NCBI RefSeq assembly: GCF_003254285.1
Contig: NZ_QKZN01000006.1
Coordinates: forward strand, 140,475-164,474
Length of the DNA: 24,000 nt
DNA from: Cupriavidus phytorum
GTDB lineage: Bacteria; Pseudomonadota; Gammaproteobacteria; Burkholderiales; Burkholderiaceae
Direction of reading: 5' to 3'
Shown in pieces: positions 1-6,388 of the stretch. A program made the position numbers and the translations under genes. The first letter of the stretch is position 1. Each line of letters starts with the position of its first letter. Under the pieces are notes generated by a model. It searched no databases, was not told the origin of the DNA, and saw only the letters and a list, made by a program, of their open reading frames with translations.

Positions 1-15
1 GAGAGCATGGTTCAT
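1..15 (-). CDS. 5' end (5 codons, M-N-H-A-L) of an unidentified gene running off the left edge
   Basis: Reverse complement of 1-31 reads caacAAGGAGAcaaccATGaaccatgctctc. A strong Shine-Dalgarno lies 5 nt before an ATG (15..13), 47 nt downstream of the CoA-transferase stop, so this is probably the next gene of the same minus-strand operon. The product cannot be determined. Confidence 0.35.
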
Positions 16-62
16 GGTTGTCTCCTTGTTGTAGTCGCTGCCGCTGCGGTGTCGGGCGGTGT

Positions 63-1298
63 TCAGGACGCCACGCTGGCTTCGCGCAAGGCGGCGATGC
101 CGGCGTCGTCGTAGCCCAGCCCGCGCAGGATCTCGTCGGTGTGCTCGCCCGGATCGGGCGCGGCGCGGGCAAACCGTTCCGGGTGAGGTGCCGCCGACAG
201 GTTGATCGGCGAGCGCAGCAGCGCAAGCGGCCCCAGCACGGGATGCTCGGCGGGCCGGGTCATGCGCAGGTGGCGCACTTGCGCGTCCTCGAAGGCCTGG
301 CCGATATCGAGCACCGGGCCGCACGGCACGCCGGCCGCATTCAGGCGCGCGGTCAGTTCTGCGGCGGTGAACGCGGCGGTGCACTGGTTGATCGCGGCGT
401 CCAGCCGCCGGCGCTCGGCGGCGCGGCCTGCGGCGGTCTGGAAGGCGGGATCGTCCAGCAGCCAGCCGGCCTCGACGGTGCGGCAGAAGTTGGCCCACAT
501 GCGGTCGGTGCTGGCGGCAATATTGACCACGCCGTCGCGGCAGCGGTAGGTGCCCATCGGCACCAGCGTCGGGTGCGCGTTGCCTTGCTGGGTCGGCACT
601 TCGCCGTCCACCGTGTAGCGGGTGGCCTGGAAATCCAGCTTGTTCAGCATGCCCTCGATCAGCGAGGTATGCACCCATTGCCCGCGGCCGGTGCGCGCGC
701 GGTGCAACAGCGCCAGCAGGATGCCCTGGCCCAGGAACATGCCGGCCGTGGTGTCGGAGATGGCGATGCCGACGCGCAGCGGCCCCTGGCCGGGCTCGCC
801 GGTGACGGAGCTCAGCCCCGACATGCCCTGCACGATCTGGTCTAGACCCGGACGCTCGCAGTAAGGCCCGTCCTGGCCAAAGCCCGAGATGCTGGCCAGG
901 ATCACGCGCGGGTTGATCGCGCTCAGATGAGCGTAGGTCAGCCCCAGGCGTTCCTTGACCACCGAGCGGAAGTTTTCCACCACCACGTCGGAGCGCTGCA
1001 CCAGTCGCGCCAGCACCTCGGCGCCCTGCGGGGTCTTCAGGTCCAGGCACAGGCTGCGCTTGTTGCGGTGCAGGTTCTGCTCGTCCGAGCCACGCCGGCG
1101 CCCGGTCACCGAGCCGCGGTCCTGTGGCGGCGGCGGCTCGACGCGGATCACGTCGGCGCCCCAGTCCGACAGCAGGCGCACGGCGGCGGGACCGGCGCGG
1201 GCGATGGACAGGTCCAGCACGGTGAGACCCGACAGCGGCAGGTCGGCGCACGCGGCGCCGGAAGCGCCGGGGTCGATGCCGGGTGGGAAAGAGTTCAT
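63..1298 (-). CDS. Family III acyl-CoA transferase (CaiB/BaiF/Frc type), 411 aa; substrate unknown
   Basis: ORF 63..1490 trimmed to the ATG at 1298..1296, which has AAGGA 5 nt upstream. The 64 upstream codons cross the AT-rich promoter island and look non-coding. PLSGLTVLDLSIARAGPAAVRLLSDWGADVIRVEPP at the N-terminus and ISGFGQDGPY...PGLDQIVQGMSGL (conserved Asp region) are typical of CoA_transf_3 proteins. Confidence 0.88.
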   Translation of the reverse strand: MNSFPPGIDPGASGAACADLPLSGLTVLDLSIARAGPAAVRLLSDWGADVIRVEPPPPQDRGSVTGRRRGSDEQNLHRNKRSLCLDLKTPQGAEVLARLVQRSDVVVENFRSVVKERLGLTYAHLSAINPRVILASISGFGQDGPYCERPGLDQIVQGMSGLSSVTGEPGQGPLRVGIAISDTTAGMFLGQGILLALLHRARTGRGQWVHTSLIEGMLNKLDFQATRYTVDGEVPTQQGNAHPTLVPMGTYRCRDGVVNIAASTDRMWANFCRTVEAGWLLDDPAFQTAAGRAAERRRLDAAINQCTAAFTAAELTARLNAAGVPCGPVLDIGQAFEDAQVRHLRMTRPAEHPVLGPLALLRSPINLSAAPHPERFARAAPDPGEHTDEILRGLGYDDAGIAALREASVAS

Positions 1299-1325
1299 GG
1301 CAATCCTTGGCAAGTGAATCGGCTT

Positions 1326-1362
1326 GAGTATACAAATAATAGGTATAAAAATACGTATACGG
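1326..1362. promoter_or_regulatory. AT-rich divergent promoter/operator island with repeated GTATAC boxes
   Basis: gaGTATACaaataatagGTATAAaaatacGTATACgg is the only strongly AT-rich stretch in the left 4 kb. It sits in the 240-bp gap between the divergent CoA-transferase (start 1298) and qor (start 1539). The palindromic GTATAC occurs at 1328-1333 and 1355-1360, with a GTATAA between them at 1343-1348. The function is inferred from position only. Confidence 0.3.
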
Positions 1363-1538
1363 ACTTTCCATGATGCGAAGCATCGTGGGATCACGTAGGC
1401 TGTGTGGGTGTTCGTGGACCCAGCAGCGAGCAGAGCCGCCGCACATTGCCCGCTGAATCGCTCGGAGTGCGTTGCAATTGACGCCAACATCAGCGAGCAC
1501 GGGACTGACGCCGATCATGGAAAGCCTTCAGGATTTGT

Positions 1539-2519
1539 ATGCTGACAGATGCTATCTGTATTAACAGGACCGGGGACCCGGACGTGCTGGAGCCCTGCCG
1601 GGTAGAGGTTCCGCCGCCGGCCCAGGGCGAGATCCAGCTGCGCCAGTCAGCCATCGGCCTGAACTTCGCCGACATCTACCAGCGCAAAGGCGCGCATGGC
1701 CCTCACGCCGCGGCGCCGTTCCCTGTCACGCTGGGCTCGGTCGGCGCCGGCGAGGTCGTGGCGATCGGGCCCGGCGTGGACGGCTTCGAGGTGGGCCAGC
1801 GGGTGGCCTGCATGCATCCGGGGGCGTACCAGGTGGTCCGCAACGTGCCGGCGGGCCGGCTCGTGCCCTTGCCCGACGCGATTTCCGCGGAGGTGGCCGG
1901 CGCCACGCTGCTGCGCGGCCTGACTGCCGAATACCTGCTGCGCCGGCTCTATGTCGTGCAGCCGGGCGACGTGGTGCTCGTGCATGCGGCGGCGGGCGGC
2001 ATGGGCGTGCTGCTGTCGCAATGGGCGCGCGCGCTGGGGGCGACCGTGGTCGGAACCGTGGGCAGCGAGGCCAAGCGAGCGGTGGCGCTGGCACACGGCT
2101 GCCACCATGTCATCAACTACCGTGAGACCGAGTTCGTCGATGCTGTGCTGGCGCTGACCGGTGGCGCGGGCGTGGCCGTGGTCTACGACGCCGTTGGCAA
2201 GGACGTGTTCGTGCCGTCGCTGCAGTGCCTGCGGCCGTGCGGCATGGCCATCAACTACGGCACCGCGTCGGGCGACGTCGAGGCCTTCGACCTGCAGCTG
2301 CTGCACGCGCGCTCGCTGATCGTGTCGCGGCCGACGCTGCGTACCTATATCGCCAGCCCTCAGGCGCTGGCTGCTGCCGCGGCCACCTTGTTCGACGCCG
2401 TTGCGGCCGGGCGACTGCGGCTGGAAGTCACGCACCGCTACCCGCTGGCCGCCGTGCGCGATGCGCACCGCGACCTGGAAAGCCGCGCCACCACGGGTTC
2501 AGCCGTGCTGATCCCCTGA
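1539..2519 (+). CDS. qor: NADPH:quinone oxidoreductase / zeta-crystallin-like medium-chain reductase, 326 aa
   Basis: GDPDVLEPCRVEVPPPAQGEIQLRQSAIGLNFADIYQRKG aligns by eye with the E. coli Qor N-terminus. The nucleotide-binding motif is AAGGMGVLLSQWARALGATVVGTVGS. The Shine-Dalgarno is weak, but the N-terminal alignment supports 1539 as the start. Confidence 0.85.
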   Translation: MLTDAICINRTGDPDVLEPCRVEVPPPAQGEIQLRQSAIGLNFADIYQRKGAHGPHAAAPFPVTLGSVGAGEVVAIGPGVDGFEVGQRVACMHPGAYQVVRNVPAGRLVPLPDAISAEVAGATLLRGLTAEYLLRRLYVVQPGDVVLVHAAAGGMGVLLSQWARALGATVVGTVGSEAKRAVALAHGCHHVINYRETEFVDAVLALTGGAGVAVVYDAVGKDVFVPSLQCLRPCGMAINYGTASGDVEAFDLQLLHARSLIVSRPTLRTYIASPQALAAAAATLFDAVAAGRLRLEVTHRYPLAAVRDAHRDLESRATTGSAVLIP

Positions 2520-2535
2520 ATCGGGCGAGCACAAC

Positions 2536-3291
2536 ATGAAACTGTTCCATGGCTGGTTGTCGAGCGTGTCGCGCCGGGTGCGCTTGTGCCTGGCCGAGAA
2601 GGGCATCGACTACGACAGCGTGCCGGTCGACCTGGCGGCGCAGGAACAGCACACGCCCGCGTTCCTGGCGATGAACCCCAACGGCGTGGTGCCGGCACTG
2701 GTGCTGGACGATGGCCGCTTCCTCCACGAGAGCGGCACGATTTGCGAATACCTGGACGAGATCTGCCCGTTGCCGGCATTGCGGCCCGATGAGCCCTACC
2801 AGCGCGCGGTGATGCGCAACTTCGTGCGCTGGACCGACGAGAAGGCGCTGCCGAACCTGCTGGTGCTGAACTGGAGCCTCGCGCTGCAGCCGGTTGCCGC
2901 GCAATGGAGCGATGCCACGCTGGCCGAGCGGCTGGCGCGCGTCCCCACCGCCGAGCGCCGCGACGCATGGCTGCGCATCGCGCGCCAGCCCTATACCGAA
3001 GCGGAGAAACGCCGCGCGCTCGAGGCGCTGCTGTTGCTGCTGCCGAAGATGGAAGCGATGCTGGCCGATGGCGACTGGCTCTTCGGCGCGCGCTATACGC
3101 TGGCCGATATCGCCGCGACGCCTTTCATCGCGCGCATCGCCGAACTGGCGCCCGCCGCGCTAACGTCGACGCCGGCCGTGGCTGCGTGGTGGCAGCGCGC
3201 GCAGGCCCGGCCCGCATTTGCGCAGGCGCGGCTGGAACGCTTCGACATCGCGCTGGCCCGCCGTGGCGCGCCGGGCGCCGGCCACAACTAA
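2536..3291 (+). CDS. Glutathione S-transferase family protein with a zeta-class-like N-terminal motif, 251 aa
   Basis: MKLFHGWLSSVSRRVRLCLAEKGIDYDSVPVDL...MNPNGVVPALVLDDGRFLHESGTICEYLDE has the thioredoxin-fold GST N-domain. It resembles the zeta-class [25 protein letters not shown] signature. C-terminal LADIAATPFIARI is a typical GST C-domain. It starts 16 nt after the qor stop, so it is probably co-transcribed. Confidence 0.85.
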   Translation: MKLFHGWLSSVSRRVRLCLAEKGIDYDSVPVDLAAQEQHTPAFLAMNPNGVVPALVLDDGRFLHESGTICEYLDEICPLPALRPDEPYQRAVMRNFVRWTDEKALPNLLVLNWSLALQPVAAQWSDATLAERLARVPTAERRDAWLRIARQPYTEAEKRRALEALLLLLPKMEAMLADGDWLFGARYTLADIAATPFIARIAELAPAALTSTPAVAAWWQRAQARPAFAQARLERFDIALARRGAPGAGHN

Positions 3292-3321
3292 TCCCTGAAG
3301 ATCCTTACTGGAGAATTGCCC

Positions 3322-4080
3322 ATGCAGACTGATGGTTCCCTGCCTTCGCTCGACATTGCCGGTCATGTCGCCACGATCACCTTGCGCCGCCCGGAAGTGG
3401 CCAACCGCCTGGGGCCGGACGACCTGGCAGAACTGCAGCGGCAGGTCGAGGCGGTCAATGCCAGCGACGTGCGCGTGCTGCGCCTGCGCAGCAGCGGAAA
3501 GTACTTCTGCAGCGGCTTCGATATCGGCCGGCTCGCGGCCGGCCAGCGCGGCGCAGGTTTCGAGACCCTGGTCAACGCGATGGAAGACTGCCGCGCCGTC
3601 ACCATTGCCGAGATCCACGGCGGCGTCTACGGCGGCGGCACCGACCTGGCGCTCGCCTGCGACTTCCGGCTCGGCACCCATGCGGCCGACATGTTCATGC
3701 CCGCGGCGCGGCTGGGCCTGCATTTCTACCAGCGCGGCATGGAACGCTATGTCAGCCGGCTGGGGCTGAACCATGCCAAGCGCCTGTTCCTGACTGCCGA
3801 GCGCATCGATGCCGACGAGATGTTTCGCTGCGGCTTCCTGACCGAGCTGCTGCCCGCCGAGCGCCTGCGCGAACGCGCGGAGCAAATCAGCGAAACGGTG
3901 GCCGGCCTAGCGCCGCTGGCGGTGCAGGGCATGAAGCGGCATTTGAACGCCTTCAGCCGCGGCACGCTGGATGCCGCGGCACTGGCCGCCGACATCGGCG
4001 CGGCCAATGGCTCGCAGGATATCCGCGAAGGTGCGCTGGCCTGGCAGGAAAAGCGCAAGCCACGGTTTACTGGAACCTGA
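3322..4080 (+). CDS. Crotonase-superfamily (enoyl-CoA hydratase/isomerase fold) protein, 252 aa; non-canonical active site
   Basis: The ATG at 3322 lies 7 nt after TGGAGA. The track's 3316 start is a TTG two codons upstream. Fold motifs are ITLRRPEVANRLG, FCSGFDIG and GGVYGGGTDLALACDFRL. Aligned by eye to rat enoyl-CoA hydratase, the two catalytic Glu positions are Asp108 and Ala128 here. Confidence 0.85.
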   Translation: MQTDGSLPSLDIAGHVATITLRRPEVANRLGPDDLAELQRQVEAVNASDVRVLRLRSSGKYFCSGFDIGRLAAGQRGAGFETLVNAMEDCRAVTIAEIHGGVYGGGTDLALACDFRLGTHAADMFMPAARLGLHFYQRGMERYVSRLGLNHAKRLFLTAERIDADEMFRCGFLTELLPAERLRERAEQISETVAGLAPLAVQGMKRHLNAFSRGTLDAAALAADIGAANGSQDIREGALAWQEKRKPRFTGT

Positions 4081-4191
4081 CGCCGTCCATTGGCGCCGCT
4101 GCATCCCCACGCCACCGTGCGCGGCCATACCAGCGAGGTGTCAACGTCGCGATAGCTCATGGTCGCCGGCGACCCGCAGCGGGGCGCATCC

Positions 4192-4215
4192 AGCGCCGCG
4201 CGCACCGGCGGCGCT
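4192..4215 (+). terminator. Candidate stem-loop terminator after the qor-GST-crotonase unit
   Basis: AGCGCCGC-gcgcaccg-GCGGCGCT forms a perfect 8-bp GC stem with an 8-nt loop. A pyrimidine/T-rich tract (catctctttctcc) begins about 10 nt downstream rather than adjacent, so this is not a textbook intrinsic terminator. Confidence 0.2.
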
Positions 4216-4236
4216 GGCGCGCCATCTCTTTCTCCC

Positions 4237-4252
4237 TGGCACATAATGTGCG
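4237..4252 (+). promoter_or_regulatory. Sigma-54-type -24/-12 box (TGGCAC-ATAAT-GTGC) overlapping a perfect palindrome, upstream of the activator gene
   Basis: GG at 4238-4239 and GC at 4250-4251 are in the consensus register TGGCAC-N5-TTGC, 60 nt upstream of the ATG at 4312. GCACAT-A-ATGTGC (4240-4252) is also a perfect 13-bp palindrome, so an operator function is an equally valid reading. Confidence 0.4.
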
Positions 4253-4311
4253 TAGCATGCCAGCCGAAAGGCACATTCGAGCGGATCATCCGCCGGCACT
4301 GAGGGGAGACA

Positions 4312-6033
4312 ATGAGCAGTTCAACCGACAAGTTCTCGGCCACCATGCGCGATGGCCTGGCCGATCTTGCCCGCCGCCTGCGCTTCGCCATGGAGGAGGG
4401 CGCGATCTGGCTGGACGAGCAGCGCATGATCCTGATCCACACCGCAGCGCTGGCCGCGCTGCGCAAGGAACTGGTGGACACCCTGGGCATGGAGCGCGCG
4501 CGCGGGCTGTTCACGCGCATGGGCTTTCATTCGGGCATGCGCGATGCCGAAGTGGCCAGGAAACTGCGCGCGGGCCACAGCGACTTCGGCCAGCTCGAGA
4601 TCGGCCCTTGCCTGCATACCATCGAGGGGGTGGTGCGGGTCACGCCGGTCAAGGTCGATATCGACATCGCCGCCGGCATCTACGACGGCGAGTTCCTGTG
4701 GGAAGACTCGTTCGAGGGAGACGTGCACCGGCAGCTGTTCGGCATCGTCGACCAGCCTGCCTGCTGGATGCAGATCGGCTATGCCACTGGCTACACCTCG
4801 GCGCTGATGGGTCGCACCATCCTGTATCGCGAGGTCGAGTGCATTGCCTGCGGGCACCCGCATTGCCGCATCGTCGGCAAGCCGGTGGAAGCCTGGGAAG
4901 ACGGCGCAGAGGCGCTGGCGCTGTACCAGCCCGACCCCGTGATCGAGACCCTGATCGCCTTGCAGAGCGAGGTCGAGCACCTGCGCGCGCTGCAGGGCGG
5001 GGCGGCTACGCCGGCCGACCTGGTCGGCACCTCGCCCGGCTTTCGCGCGGCGTGGGGCCTGCTGCAGCGTGCGGCCGCCAGCAACGTGACGGTGCTGCTG
5101 CTGGGCGAGACCGGCGTGGGCAAGGAGCGCTTCGCGCAGGCCTTGCACGGCGTGAGCGCGCGCGCCGACAAGCCCTTCGTCGCGGTGAACTGCGCGGCGA
5201 TTCCCGATGAACTGATCGAGTCCGAGCTGTTTGGCGTGGAGAAAGGCGCTTTCACGGGCGCGACCCAGTCGCGGCCCGGCCGCTTCGAACGCGCGCATGG
5301 GGGGACCCTGTTCCTGGATGAACTGGGCGAGCTCTCGGCCTCGGCGCAGTCCAAGCTGCTGCGCGTGCTGCAGGAGGGCGAGGTCGAGCGCGTGGGCGGC
5401 ACCGCCGCGCGCAAGGTGGACGTGCGGCTGGTGGCCGCGACCAATGTCGACCTGGCCGAAGCGGTGAAGCAGGGCACCTTCCGCAAGGACCTGTATTACC
5501 GCCTCAACGTCTACCCGGTCACGATACCGCCGCTGCGCGAGCGGCTCGACGATATCCGGCCGCTGGCGGAGCGCTTCGTGGCCCGCTACGGCGCGCGCCA
5601 CGGCAAGCGCATCGTCGGCATCACCGACCGCGCGCTGGCCGAACTGCGCCACTATGACTGGCCCGGCAACGTGCGCGAACTGGAGAACGTGATCGAGCGC
5701 GGCGTGATCCTGGCCAGCCACGGCGGCCAGATCGGCGCCGACCACCTGTTCCTGCCGGGCACCGTGGCGCCGCCGCTGGATACCGCGCCACGGCTGGGCG
5801 CGGGCGGCACGCTGCCGGACCTGCGCGAAGCCGCGGTCCATGCGCTGCTGGATCAGATGTCAGAGCAGCAACTGGCGCTGGGCGATGTCGAGACCGTGCT
5901 GATGGAGGCCGCGATGCAGCGTGCCGACGGCAACATGAGCCAGGCGGCCCGGCTGCTGGGGATTACGCGGCCGCAGCTGGCGTATCGGTGGAAGACGCGG
6001 GGTGCGCGCGGGGGGAATGGGCACGGCGACTGA
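4312..6033 (+). CDS. dmpR: Sigma-54-dependent aromatic-responsive transcriptional activator, XylR/DmpR/MopR/PoxR family (NtrC class), 573 aa
   Basis: GGGGAGA Shine-Dalgarno before the ATG. The N-terminal XylR_N/V4R sensor domain includes IWLDEQRMILIHTAALAALRKELVDTLG. The AAA+ core has Walker A GETGVGKE, the sigma-54-contact motif GAFTGA (ELFGVEKGAFTGA) and Walker B TLFLDELGE. The C-terminal Fis-type HTH is NMSQAARLLGITRPQLAYRWK. His102/Trp130 and Cys151/Glu174/Cys177/Cys185 match, at a constant offset of -4, the phenol-pocket and zinc-site residues I recall for Acinetobacter MopR. Confidence 0.95.
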   Translation: MSSSTDKFSATMRDGLADLARRLRFAMEEGAIWLDEQRMILIHTAALAALRKELVDTLGMERARGLFTRMGFHSGMRDAEVARKLRAGHSDFGQLEIGPCLHTIEGVVRVTPVKVDIDIAAGIYDGEFLWEDSFEGDVHRQLFGIVDQPACWMQIGYATGYTSALMGRTILYREVECIACGHPHCRIVGKPVEAWEDGAEALALYQPDPVIETLIALQSEVEHLRALQGGAATPADLVGTSPGFRAAWGLLQRAAASNVTVLLLGETGVGKERFAQALHGVSARADKPFVAVNCAAIPDELIESELFGVEKGAFTGATQSRPGRFERAHGGTLFLDELGELSASAQSKLLRVLQEGEVERVGGTAARKVDVRLVAATNVDLAEAVKQGTFRKDLYYRLNVYPVTIPPLRERLDDIRPLAERFVARYGARHGKRIVGITDRALAELRHYDWPGNVRELENVIERGVILASHGGQIGADHLFLPGTVAPPLDTAPRLGAGGTLPDLREAAVHALLDQMSEQQLALGDVETVLMEAAMQRADGNMSQAARLLGITRPQLAYRWKTRGARGGNGHGD

Positions 6034-6066
6034 GGCCCGCGCTTCCTTTCCCTTCCGCTTTTCCAT

Positions 6067-6083
6067 TTGATCATTTGATGCAA
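6067..6083. promoter_or_regulatory. Distal copy of the TTGATCA-type activator (UAS-like) site
   Basis: TTGATCATTTGATGCAA begins 34 nt after the activator stop codon. It shares an exact 14-mer TTTGATCATTTGAT (6066-6079) with the proximal site (6254-6267). It resembles the XylR/DmpR UAS half-site TTGATCAA-type motifs. It lies about 345 nt upstream of the predicted TSS. Confidence 0.4.
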
Positions 6084-6254
6084 GCGATCCCGGGCCATGC
6101 ATCGCCCTGAATCCGCACGATGCTGCGCAGCGCGAGCGATTTTCCGCTGACAGATCAAGCCCTTTCCTTCTCCTGTCCCGCATGCGCTGCTGCGCCGCAG
6201 CGCCATCGCCCCCTTCGTTGCATGCTGCCCGCAAACGCCCGCCCGGCGCGGCTT

Positions 6255-6270
6255 TTGATCATTTGATCAA
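6255..6270. promoter_or_regulatory. Upstream activating sequence (palindrome TTGATCA-TT-TGATCAA) for the phenol hydroxylase promoter
   Basis: A 7-bp inverted repeat separated by 2 nt, AT-rich in a GC-rich spacer. Its centre is about 150 nt upstream of the TSS predicted from the -24/-12 box, the usual position for DmpR/XylR-type UAS. Confidence 0.6.
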
Positions 6271-6284
6271 GGCGCGCGGACCGC

Positions 6285-6300
6285 TTCATCAATTCATCGA
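6285..6300. promoter_or_regulatory. Second proximal UAS-like site (TTCATCAATTCATCGA; reverse complement TCGATGAATTGATGAA)
   Basis: The reverse complement matches the TTGATCATTTGATGCAA motif at about 13 of 16 positions. Its centre is about 120 nt upstream of the predicted TSS and 30 bp (about three helical turns) from the 6255-6270 palindrome. Confidence 0.45.
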
Positions 6301-6388
6301 TGGCTGTCGTGCCCGCCGTTTCGGGTAAACGCGCACGCTGGCCCCGCCGATTCCCCGCACCCCTTGTCCCACAACGCTTTGCGGCCGC

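Noticed and set aside
1299-1490. The N-terminal 64-codon extension of the CoA-transferase ORF, and analogous upstream extensions of track ORFs at 6300, 7725, 7970, 12411, 16843 and 17882.
   Set aside because: The extensions run through promoter, REP or intergenic sequence, or overlap the preceding gene. Internal ATGs with good Shine-Dalgarno sequences give N-termini that align with family members (for example MKHFKNFINGEWV and [19 protein letters not shown]).
2089-2103. TGGCAC-containing sigma-54-like hits inside genes: TGGCACACGGCTGCC in qor, cGGCACTGGCCTGCG near 13070, and TGGCATGCCGCAGTTG at 18128.
   Set aside because: The -12 GC is out of register by one nucleotide or absent. The sites are intragenic or lack any upstream activator site.
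4161-4174. A perfect 14-bp palindrome GGTCGCCGGCGACC in the spacer between the crotonase and regulator genes.
   Set aside because: It has no loop, no T-tract and no repeat elsewhere in the window. GC-rich self-complementary 14-mers built from CG/GC steps are common in such genomes, so I can support no function.
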